Positions 9,920 through 18,063 of a stretch of DNA of 64,000 nt are shown in pieces. The notes below the pieces were generated by a model. The model made no database searches. It was not told the DNA's origin and saw nothing but the letters and a program-made list of their open reading frames with translations. Source of the stretch: Candidatus Fermentibacteraceae bacterium (lineage in GTDB: Bacteria > Fermentibacterota > Fermentibacteria > Fermentibacterales > JCC-6); contig JBGSZS010000008.1 of assembly GCA_041750285.1 (NCBI GenBank), forward strand, positions 64,001 to 128,000. Direction: 5' to 3'. Positions within the stretch are counted from its first letter, which is position 1. The number at the start of each line of letters is the position of its first letter. A program made the position numbers and the translations under genes.

Positions 9920-11415
9920 AACGACCTGTTCTCCTTATCGTTCTGATTTCCGGCCTCTCTTCGGTGGTTTCGGGTTTCAACGGTTCGGTGGAGACGATCG
10001 GGGAGATCCGCGTCGTGAACCTGTGGGGAACCTGGGAGGAGATGGGGTACGCCCACGGGCGTCTCCTCGGGCCCGACATCAAGGAAGTCTTCGAGGGCTA
10101 CTTCCTCGAGCTTGCGGGAGGCACTGCAAATGTGAACCTCCTGCGAGCCTACTTCCCACAGTACTTCACCGTGCCGGCTGAATTCACGGATTACGCCGAA
10201 GGCATTCTAACCGGCATGGCCGACACCGTATCCCTCTGGTCAGGAGTCTACGGGCGGAACCTCGATGTTCTGGACCTTTACATCTCCAGTTCGGTACCCG
10301 ACCTGTCGGCTGTGGTCGACCTCCCCCACCTTTACTGCTCCAGTGTCAGCGCCTGGGGCGATGCCACGGCCGGGGATCCCGTACTTCTCGGCACTCCGGC
10401 GACCTCAAGGAACCTGGATTTCTTCGTGGACAGCCAGTCCGGGATACTGGACATGAGCATTCTGGTGACGCACGACCCCGATGACGGCCAGGAATGGATA
10501 TCGGTGACCTTCCCGGGGTACATGGGAACACTGTCCGGCATGAACGAAACGGGCCTGACCGCCACCCTCAACATGGGCAACCATCAGGGAACCTTCCAGA
10601 CGGCGACGCCCTTCGTCCCGATATGCATGGCCCTTGCGCTGGGCCTGTCCAGGCAGGACTTCGACGGAAGCGGAACGTGTGACATTCAGGACATGACCTC
10701 CGCCGCAACCCAGTGGAACAGGGCCAACTCCTACGACATACACATCGTTTCACCCGAAGCCCTCGGCACGGGCGACGGCCCGGGAGTGGTGGCCGAGGTA
10801 AACAACCAGAATGGAACGGCGCTGCGCCAAAGTTCTGATGAACCCGCCATCGCCCCGGACCGGATGATCCTCACCAACCATCACCGTGTGCTCTACCCCC
10901 CGATAACCTGCTACCGGTACTCATGGCTCATGGATTCCCTGACGGCGAATCCCGACGTCACCCTGGACAGGCTCTGGAACTTCATGGGAGCGGTTGGTTT
11001 CCCGCCTGCTCCGGGTTCGGGCGGCACTCTGCACACCATGATCCTGCAACCGCAGCAGCGCAGGATCGGGCTCGCGTTCGCCTCTCCCGGAACGGCGCCC
11101 TACGAAAGGGAACCTCAGTGGATCCAATGGAGCGACCTCTTCCCCAACCACGGCCAGCAGTCGGCTCCGGATGATCCTGAACATCCCGTTATCAGGGTGT
11201 ACCCCAACCCTGCGTCTTCTGTCATCCATGTGATCGCCGCGACCGTCCTGAAAACCCCGCCGTTGCTCTACGACATGGCGGGACGGCGGGCAGGCGTTCG
11301 GTTCACCGGAACGAACGGAGTCTTCAGTGCCGATGTTTCGGGGCTTGCGACAGGTCTTTACATTGTTGTTCCGGAACCTGGGCTGCCGGGAAGCGCTTTT
11401 CTGGTGCTGAGATGA
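9916..11415 (+). CDS. Secreted C45-family Ntn-hydrolase with T9SS-like C-terminal domain
   Basis: GTWEEMGYAHG, YCSSVSAWG (nucleophile Cys), RNLDF, SGMNETGL, TNH; C-terminal VYPNPA...YDMAGR. Confidence 0.8.
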   Translation: MKRPVLLIVLISGLSSVVSGFNGSVETIGEIRVVNLWGTWEEMGYAHGRLLGPDIKEVFEGYFLELAGGTANVNLLRAYFPQYFTVPAEFTDYAEGILTGMADTVSLWSGVYGRNLDVLDLYISSSVPDLSAVVDLPHLYCSSVSAWGDATAGDPVLLGTPATSRNLDFFVDSQSGILDMSILVTHDPDDGQEWISVTFPGYMGTLSGMNETGLTATLNMGNHQGTFQTATPFVPICMALALGLSRQDFDGSGTCDIQDMTSAATQWNRANSYDIHIVSPEALGTGDGPGVVAEVNNQNGTALRQSSDEPAIAPDRMILTNHHRVLYPPITCYRYSWLMDSLTANPDVTLDRLWNFMGAVGFPPAPGSGGTLHTMILQPQQRRIGLAFASPGTAPYEREPQWIQWSDLFPNHGQQSAPDDPEHPVIRVYPNPASSVIHVIAATVLKTPPLLYDMAGRRAGVRFTGTNGVFSADVSGLATGLYIVVPEPGLPGSAFLVLR

Positions 11416-11434
11416 CGAAAGTCCTGCCCGGGGG

Positions 11435-11935
11435 TCAGTCAACCCTCCTGTAAAGGCTTCCCTTCGCCCCGCAGACAGGGCAGGTTTCGGGGGCTTCCTT
11501 GCCGGCGGTATGCCCGCACACGGGACAGACGAAGTAGGCGTACTGCTCGGCGCCCTTGTCGTCCATCGTTTCGAGAAGGCCCTTGTAGAGGTTGGCGTGT
11601 ATCTTTTCCACGGCGTTGGCGAACTCGAAGGATCGCAGGGCCTGCTTGTCACCCTCGGCCCGGGCAATGTCTATCATCTCCGGGTACATGTGCCTGAACT
11701 CGTGGGTTTCGCCGGCGATGGCCTCCTCAAGATTCTCCCGGGTGCCGTGAACTCCGCCCATGGCCCGGAGGTGGGCAAGGGCGTGAACGGTTTCGGCCTC
11801 GGCGGCGGCCCTGAACAGCCTTGCCACCTGAGGAAAGCCTTCCTTGTCAGCCTTCTCGGCAAAGGCAAGGTATTTCCTGTTCGCCTGGGATTCCCCGGCA
11901 AAAGCCTCGAGCAGGCGATCCAACGTCTCGCTCAT
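11435..11935 (-). CDS. rbr: Rubrerythrin
   Basis: AFAGESQANRKY, ETVHA, EKIH, C-terminal CPVCG...CPVCG; GAGG RBS before ATG 11935. Confidence 0.92.
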   Translation of the reverse strand: MSETLDRLLEAFAGESQANRKYLAFAEKADKEGFPQVARLFRAAAEAETVHALAHLRAMGGVHGTRENLEEAIAGETHEFRHMYPEMIDIARAEGDKQALRSFEFANAVEKIHANLYKGLLETMDDKGAEQYAYFVCPVCGHTAGKEAPETCPVCGAKGSLYRRVD

Positions 11936-12033
11936 CGCGTCCTCCTGTGCTTGACAGAGCAAAATGCGGAACTTGTCCGCAGGGAACAGGGCAATTATGC
12001 ACCATTCAGCGCCCCCGGGGACCCCCCGGGCAT

Positions 12034-12471
12034 TTATGGGGGAGTTCCCGCGGGATCGGGGTAGAACACCACGATCCACAGCCGCCCCGTGTCACGATCG
12101 AGAGAACACTGCCAGGCGTTGCTTTCCCCTCTCCCCTCAAGGCTGACCAGACCGGCATCTTCAGGTATCGTGCAATTCTGAGGTCCAAGGCTTTCCACCC
12201 ATGGGTCAATGGAGAAAGTGGTGTCCGAGAAGGCGTTCTCACTGATGAACCCCTCTACGCGTCCTGGCGGTATCCTCAGGTGCGCGACCGAGAAAGACTC
12301 GCCGTTGTCGAAGACTTCCACATCCATGCAGCCCGGTGGAAAGACAAGGCCGGTAGCGCGTGATATGAACCCAAGCCCGGCCGTTCTCGCTATGTCCCTG
12401 CAAAGGAGCACTGACGCAACTAGAACCGCCCCCGCAAGGGCAAGTGTGAAAACGACCGTTCTTCTGTTCAA
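12034..12471 (-). CDS. Hypothetical membrane-anchored protein
   Basis: TTG start with GAGG RBS; N-terminal TM helix; start uncertain. Confidence 0.55.
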   Translation of the reverse strand: MNRRTVVFTLALAGAVLVASVLLCRDIARTAGLGFISRATGLVFPPGCMDVEVFDNGESFSVAHLRIPPGRVEGFISENAFSDTTFSIDPWVESLGPQNCTIPEDAGLVSLEGRGESNAWQCSLDRDTGRLWIVVFYPDPAGTPP

Positions 12472-12542
12472 AAGTCCCTCCCGGGGGCTTCTTCGGCTTC
12501 CGGAAGGGTTTCCGGACGCACTGGCCAAAGATATGGCCGCCA

Positions 12543-13319
12543 TCAAGGGTTCACTCCAAGACGTTCCAGAAGCGAACAGAGAGCCGGATAGTGGCTTCCC
12601 TTCCAGTATACCGCCCCACACTGGCAGCAACGCCTGAACTCACTGTAGTGCGTCCGTGTGAGGGGCTGGAGCAGATGGGTTATCTCCCCCTTTTCAACGC
12701 ACGAAAGAAACCCCGAACAGGCGGGACACCGGCTGAACGGTCTCACTGAACCGGCGAGGCCGAAACGGTCGAGAACCTGCCTGGCCTGTTCCTCGGGGTT
12801 TCGGCTTCGTATCAGGCAGCCGTGAACCACGCTTTTTCTCATCAGAAGCATGCGGTCGCAGGTCAGAAGGATCCGTGACTCAACGGAAGAGATGTCTGCG
12901 AGAATTCCGTCATCAACGTCGCCCGGGAACAGGGCATCAAAACCCAGAAGTCTGAGGAGCACGGCGAGTTTGCCAAGGTGCACGTCCAGAACGAAACGGC
13001 CTGTGTCGCTCAATCCGGGTCTGAGCGGTTGCGGCGGTCCCGGTCTGAAACCGGTGAAGGCTGGAAACACGCTCACCCTGTCGCCGTGACAGGCAGTCGC
13101 TTCGAACCCGACAGGCTCTCCGTTACGCATGAGCAGCGCGATCTCGGTATGGGGGATCCCGGCTGACTCCACGAGGTGCTTCACATTGCTTCCGCCCGTC
13201 ATGGGGTACCTGAACTCGCAGAAACGCCATTCAGCAGGGAGAAGTTCGTTCAGCTCGGCATACACCCGCATGAGGATGAAGGGCGGTGCTTCGGCTTTCC
13301 CGGAAGCGCACCCTGTCAT
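12543..13319 (-). CDS. Mut7-C RNase (ubiquitin-like + PIN + Zn ribbon) protein
   Basis: VKHLVESAGIPHTEI, FVLDVHLGKLA..LRLLGFD, SRCPACSG, CCQCGAVYWKGSH. Confidence 0.88.
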   Translation of the reverse strand: MTGCASGKAEAPPFILMRVYAELNELLPAEWRFCEFRYPMTGGSNVKHLVESAGIPHTEIALLMRNGEPVGFEATACHGDRVSVFPAFTGFRPGPPQPLRPGLSDTGRFVLDVHLGKLAVLLRLLGFDALFPGDVDDGILADISSVESRILLTCDRMLLMRKSVVHGCLIRSRNPEEQARQVLDRFGLAGSVRPFSRCPACSGFLSCVEKGEITHLLQPLTRTHYSEFRRCCQCGAVYWKGSHYPALCSLLERLGVNP

Positions 13320-13927
13320 GGTTCAGATTCAAGGGAAAGTCCCCTTGCCGTTTCGGTGGCGATCCGGTGGAAAGCCCCTTCAGGTCCATCCAGCATGGCT
13401 TCCCAGAGACCCCGCCACTGTCGGGCTGTTTCGGGATTCACCACCGCCTGTGCGCTTGAATCGCCCCTTTCCATCCAGACCGGCAACCCGGCCGTACCCG
13501 GCTGCATGGTTCCGCCGTTTACATAGAAGCCATCCAGAGCCAGATCGAAGAAGCTGTAAGCCCGGGAACCAGGCTCACTCCTGAAAAGGAGCAGCTCAAC
13601 GTTCACGCCGATGTTGTCAGATTCCCCCATTGGCAGAACGGTTATTGCCGGAGCGGCCCTTTCGATGTAAAACGCCCTGCGGGCATCAAGCCCGAGTGTG
13701 AAAGCGTCTGTGCGAAGGTCTTCGATCTGCCTTGAGAAGTCGGAAGAAAAGGCCAGGTCAAGGGCTTCCTGAAAAAGCCCTTCGAGGCTGTCCGAATCCA
13801 GAAAGCCCGGAACGGAAAGCCGGGCGTTCAGTGAATCGATCCTGACCCAGAGCTGCGAATCGGGCACGAAAACGCCCTCCCCCGTTGAAAGCGCGGACAA
13901 CGTACACACAAGGATCACTAAAGACAT
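13316..13927 (-). CDS. Hypothetical secreted protein
   Basis: GGAGG RBS, signal peptide, stop overlaps next start. Confidence 0.6.
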   Translation of the reverse strand: MSLVILVCTLSALSTGEGVFVPDSQLWVRIDSLNARLSVPGFLDSDSLEGLFQEALDLAFSSDFSRQIEDLRTDAFTLGLDARRAFYIERAAPAITVLPMGESDNIGVNVELLLFRSEPGSRAYSFFDLALDGFYVNGGTMQPGTAGLPVWMERGDSSAQAVVNPETARQWRGLWEAMLDGPEGAFHRIATETARGLSLESEP

Positions 13928-13943
13928 CGATGACCTCCCGCAA

Positions 13944-14450
13944 CTACATCAGACGGCTGTCGTACGCCCAGTTCATAAGGGCCTGCCTCTGTCTTGGCCG
14001 GCAAAGTGCGTCACCCTGGTCGCAGTGTTTCCGGATCTGTGCGATATGCCTTTTCATCGCTTTCCAGCGTTTGATCTGACGCAGGTCGTCGTCGCACCTT
14101 CTCCCCATGAAATACCGGCAGTACCACTGAAACCAGCCCCTGGGGTCATCGGGATGGATCCAGCCCTTGTCCCTCCAGACGGAAAGCGGCTGGGAAGCGT
14201 TGACCCCGAAAAAGTTCATCCCGGGATCGTGCCGTGCGGCGCACAACCTGGCCCCTTCGAACCATTCCGCAGGGAACTCGCGGCGGCAGTCCGTCATGTA
14301 CCTGCCGCCGAACACGCCCAGATGAAGCATCTCGCATGGGGTGAGTTCGGGCGTGAACACGGGATGGAAGTTGCTTCCCGGGGCTTCAGTGCGGAAGTAT
14401 GTGTAGCCCTGCTGCATCAGATCGGATACAATAACCTTGACTGCTTCCAT
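13944..14450 (-). CDS. Conserved hypothetical protein
   Basis: PELTPCEMLHLGVFGGRY, GWIHPDDPRGWFQWYCRYFMGRR, RQRQALMNWAYD. Confidence 0.8.
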   Translation of the reverse strand: MEAVKVIVSDLMQQGYTYFRTEAPGSNFHPVFTPELTPCEMLHLGVFGGRYMTDCRREFPAEWFEGARLCAARHDPGMNFFGVNASQPLSVWRDKGWIHPDDPRGWFQWYCRYFMGRRCDDDLRQIKRWKAMKRHIAQIRKHCDQGDALCRPRQRQALMNWAYDSRLM

Positions 14451-14526
14451 GCGGTCGCATCATCCCTTCGTTGTTCCGCCCGGTCATGTTATTATACGGG
14501 CTGTCATGAACGGAGGGAGGCAGGCG

Positions 14527-15582
14527 GTGCCGCATATAAGCTGCAGATCACAGCAGAAAACCATACTGGCCGGCAGGAGGTTCGTCCTTCACAAGCGGAG
14601 TGAGCTGCAGCCGGTTCTCCGCGAGATCGGGGCTGGTATTCCCGACGGTCTCGTCACCGGACCTCCCGTATTATTGATCCATTACGTGAGCAGCGTGAAG
14701 GACGGAACGCTGGTCGAGCTGGGATACCCGGTTCACAGCCCATTTGAAAGCAGCTGCATTGAAGCACTGACCCTCCCGGAAACCCGCCTCATGTGCATCG
14801 ATCACAGGGGACCCATGGCCGATCTGGGCAAAACATACGGCGACCTTTTCGGTTGCGCCGCAAGCCGTGGACTCGTATCGGACGAGTTCGGTATCGAGGT
14901 CCTTCATGACATCAGCGACGCCGGGAATTGCTCAATCGAGGCCTGCATGGTAATCCACGACTGGAAAGACCTTTTCCGGCGAAGCGCGGAACGTGTTCTG
15001 GGTGTTCCTGAAGCTCGAAGGGTCATTGGAGACGGTTCCCGGATCACGGAGGAGACCGACCTCAACACCCGGTTCGCCCTCGTGAGATCCGCCATCGAAC
15101 GGCTCGAGATGGTGGCCGATGACTTCCAAAGGTACGACTGCGTTTCAAGTTGCGCACATGTTTTCCCCCCGGAGCAGGTTGCGAAACTCAGGGCCAGCTT
15201 CACAGGCGCACGGGAAGAGGGTCTGGGGTTTCTCGAAGCCGTCGACAGGGTCATCTCATTCATGGACTCCGACCCCGGATGGAGCGAGAAGGCTGTCAGA
15301 CACGGCTACACTGTCCTTTCTTCCAAGGGTCCCCGTGACAGGCGGGCGTTCGATGAAGCGAAAACACCCGGGGAAAGAGCCTCGGCTGCCTGCTTCTGCC
15401 CCATCATCAGAACGAAGCTCCAGGAGGGCATGCCACTCTCATTCTGCTACTGCGGGGCGGGATGGTTCAGGCAGCAGTGGGAAGGCGCCATCGGGCTGCC
15501 GGTAAGGGTCGAGATACTGGGTTCCCTTCTCAATGGCGATCCCGAATGCCGGTTCGCGATTCATCTCCCGGAACAGCACTAA
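14527..15582 (+). CDS. GyrI-like ligand-binding domain fused to a Cys-rich DUF6144/V4R-like domain
   Basis: N-terminal HRGPMADLGKTY (GyrI-like); C-terminal CFCP, FCYCGAGW, SLLNGDPECRF; GTG after GGAGG. Confidence 0.65.
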   Translation: MPHISCRSQQKTILAGRRFVLHKRSELQPVLREIGAGIPDGLVTGPPVLLIHYVSSVKDGTLVELGYPVHSPFESSCIEALTLPETRLMCIDHRGPMADLGKTYGDLFGCAASRGLVSDEFGIEVLHDISDAGNCSIEACMVIHDWKDLFRRSAERVLGVPEARRVIGDGSRITEETDLNTRFALVRSAIERLEMVADDFQRYDCVSSCAHVFPPEQVAKLRASFTGAREEGLGFLEAVDRVISFMDSDPGWSEKAVRHGYTVLSSKGPRDRRAFDEAKTPGERASAACFCPIIRTKLQEGMPLSFCYCGAGWFRQQWEGAIGLPVRVEILGSLLNGDPECRFAIHLPEQH

Positions 15583-15667
15583 CGCAGCAATACCATTTCA
15601 GTTATTTTTATTCTTATCCCGGTCTTCGGTCTTTTCTCCGGGAACACATGAGGGAAAAGGGGTAAAC

Positions 15668-16786
15668 ATGAAACGAAGTCTTCTGATCACTGCCGCCATG
15701 GCGACGATCCTCGCCATCGGCGGGTGCGGCAAACCCGCCGTGGAACTCACTGCCCCTGCCGAAGCAAACGCGGGGTCCGAGATCACCCTTACCTGGACAG
15801 GAACGGTTGCCGAAGGCGACATGATCGTGCTTCGCGCCGTGGGGGAAACCGATGGCCTTGAAATCGAAGCCGTAGCCAACTCGGCCACCCTCACGCTTCC
15901 CCTCGAAGACGGCGCCTACGAGATCGTCTACATGAACGCGGAAGACAAGGTGATTGCCACCGGCAACATCACCGTCACCCCGAACACCTACACCCTCGAC
16001 TTCCCTGAAGAGGTCATGGCGGGTCAGTGGTTCGAAGTGGAGTGGACCGGACCCGACAACAGCACCGACTACATCACGATAGTCCCCGAAGGCGCCCCCG
16101 AAGGCGACTGGGAGAGCTACTCCTACACCGAAAGCGGCAGTCCGGTCGTACTTCAGGCCCCCCTCGAGGCCGGTGTATACGAGATCCGCTACTCCACCGA
16201 GCAGGTCTACCCCAACCCCACGCTCTACTCGATGACGGTAACGGTCATTTCCTCGGATTACGCCGTCATGGCCCCGGCTGACGCAATGGCGGGAAGCGTC
16301 TTCGAAGTGAGTTGGATCGGCCCGGACAATCCGGGTGACTACATTACAATAGTCCCGGTTGACACTCCCGAGGGCGAGTGGGCCGGCTACGCCTACACCT
16401 CGACCGGCAACCCCTGCCTTCTCACCGCACCCGTTGAAGCCGGCGTCTACGAGGTCCGCTACTCGAGCGAACAGACCATTCCCAACCCCACGCTTGCGTA
16501 CACCGTCATCGCGGTCATCCCTGTCGAGGTAACGCTTACCGCCCCCGAGACGGTAACCGCAGGTGAGGACTTCCTCGTGCAGTGGACAGGTCCCGACGGC
16601 GATCTGGACTATATCACTATCGTCCCCGCCGGCTCACCCGAGGGCTCCTATGAGAGCTACGCCTACACATCAGCCGGCAGCCCGGTTTCACTCAACGCCC
16701 CCTCCGAGCCGGGAGCCTACGAGATTTGGTACGCCTCCGACCGTGTCGAGGGTACTTTCGCAAGCATCCCCATCACAGTGGAGTAA
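15668..16786 (+). CDS. Lipoprotein with tandem Ig-like repeats
   Basis: Lipobox IGGC; three 90-aa repeats WxGPD..DYITIVP...GxYEI/VxY plus one degenerate repeat. Confidence 0.8.
   Translation: MKRSLLITAAMATILAIGGCGKPAVELTAPAEANAGSEITLTWTGTVAEGDMIVLRAVGETDGLEIEAVANSATLTLPLEDGAYEIVYMNAEDKVIATGNITVTPNTYTLDFPEEVMAGQWFEVEWTGPDNSTDYITIVPEGAPEGDWESYSYTESGSPVVLQAPLEAGVYEIRYSTEQVYPNPTLYSMTVTVISSDYAVMAPADAMAGSVFEVSWIGPDNPGDYITIVPVDTPEGEWAGYAYTSTGNPCLLTAPVEAGVYEVRYSSEQTIPNPTLAYTVIAVIPVEVTLTAPETVTAGEDFLVQWTGPDGDLDYITIVPAGSPEGSYESYAYTSAGSPVSLNAPSEPGAYEIWYASDRVEGTFASIPITVE
16000..16783 (+). repeat. Three ~270-bp intragenic tandem repeats
   Basis: Trp codons of WxGPD at 16043, 16313 and 16583 (270-nt period). 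Confidence 0.8.
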
Positions 16787-16805
16787 ATCCGGAAGACCTT
16801 ACGGG

Positions 16806-16836
16806 AACCCCGGCGGGCAACCGCCGGGGTTTTCTT
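16806..16836 (+). terminator. Intrinsic terminator
   Basis: AACCCCGGCGG-GCAA-CCGCCGGGGTT followed by a T-rich tail. Confidence 0.85.
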
Positions 16837-16902
16837 ACATACGTCATTACCTTTGGCGATACACCGGAACCAGGGAAACTGTCCGGTGTTAAATCCCCTG
16901 TC

Positions 16903-17397
16903 CTAAACGCCCTGCCTGAACTCCTCGGGAAGGAAGGTGACGCCGGAAAGGCGCTCGATCTCAAGGGCCATCTCCACCGAGTTGTCGAGCATCTGGGCGG
17001 GCACCATCATTCCAAGTTTCCTGCCCTTGACCTTGAAGTACAGGGGGCCCTTCAGTCCCGTCGTCTTTGCCTTCACCGCGGAAGCAGCCGCAAGACCCAC
17101 CAGTCCCCCTCCGAACTCGGCTCCGGACATGCTGGAGAGCGTTATGGACTCGACATCCTCCCAGCGGGCCGCAATGGTGGTGAGATATCTGTACGCGAAT
17201 CCCTCTCCGGTGATTCCCAGGCCTGCCTTGCGGGACTGGACGATGATCCAGATCCCAAGGGGTATTGTGATTATCAGCAGGCAGCACAGAACACCGGCAA
17301 AAGTCTGCATGCCGCGCCATCCGCCCTTCATCGGGTAGAACCTGCCGTTCTCCTCCGCCGAGGCCATGAGCGCTTTCTTGTCAATCGGTTCGGGCAT
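16903..17397 (-). CDS. Hypothetical membrane protein
   Basis: GGAGGAG RBS; one or two TM segments then a soluble domain. Confidence 0.65.
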   Translation of the reverse strand: MPEPIDKKALMASAEENGRFYPMKGGWRGMQTFAGVLCCLLIITIPLGIWIIVQSRKAGLGITGEGFAYRYLTTIAARWEDVESITLSSMSGAEFGGGLVGLAAASAVKAKTTGLKGPLYFKVKGRKLGMMVPAQMLDNSVEMALEIERLSGVTFLPEEFRQGV

Positions 17398-17499
17398 TGC
17401 TCCTCCATTCGTTGCCTGGTCCGTATCCATCCCTGCGGAAACCAACGGAAGATAATGTGAAAGCCCGGTACAGCGAAGTGCTTCACCGGCCTGTGAACG

Positions 17500-18033
17500 C
17501 TACCTTATGAAGTCAAGCTTCAGGCCGATGTAAAGTATTCCGTGAAGGGAGGATGACTCCATACCGCCGCTCAGGGAAAGAAGCCTGATGCCGACTCCGG
17601 CGTACGGTTCAGCGTCGAGTGGAATGCCTGAACTGACCGGTATCCTCCATCCCATCTTCACGCCCGCCGTGACGGCTTCGGAAGCTTTTTCGTCCACTCT
17701 CCAAAGGATCCCGACCCCTGCGTACGCCCCCAGGAAAGGACCCGACAGCGGTCGTCGCAACGACCTTCTGAGCTCTCCGCCCAACTCGAGCCCAAGGCCC
17801 GGCCCGTTAAGGTCTTCCGGGCTCCATACGTAGACGAACGTCGGTCCTCCGTAGAGAATCCAGCTCTGCAGGGAATCACCGCTCAAGCCGCCCTCAACAT
17901 GTACGGTTGCTTCCACGGTCTGAAGCAGGCTGCATCCGTCGTCAATGTAATCGGGGTCCGGGGTGGGGTCAGCGTAAACTGCCCCCACCATGAACAGAGT
18001 GATGGCCCAATACGAACGCACCCGGCCTGTCAT
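17500..18033 (-). CDS. Putative small outer-membrane beta-barrel protein
   Basis: Signal peptide; alternating Gly/aromatic strands; C-terminal YIGLKLDF. Confidence 0.55.
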   Translation of the reverse strand: MTGRVRSYWAITLFMVGAVYADPTPDPDYIDDGCSLLQTVEATVHVEGGLSGDSLQSWILYGGPTFVYVWSPEDLNGPGLGLELGGELRRSLRRPLSGPFLGAYAGVGILWRVDEKASEAVTAGVKMGWRIPVSSGIPLDAEPYAGVGIRLLSLSGGMESSSLHGILYIGLKLDFIR

Positions 18034-18063
18034 CGAACAACACTTTCCAACAAGGCCCGCTCC

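Noticed and set aside
16000..16783. Repeats as a CRISPR array or DGR template/variable repeats
   Set aside because: In-frame diverged protein-domain repeats; no spacers, cas genes or reverse transcriptase
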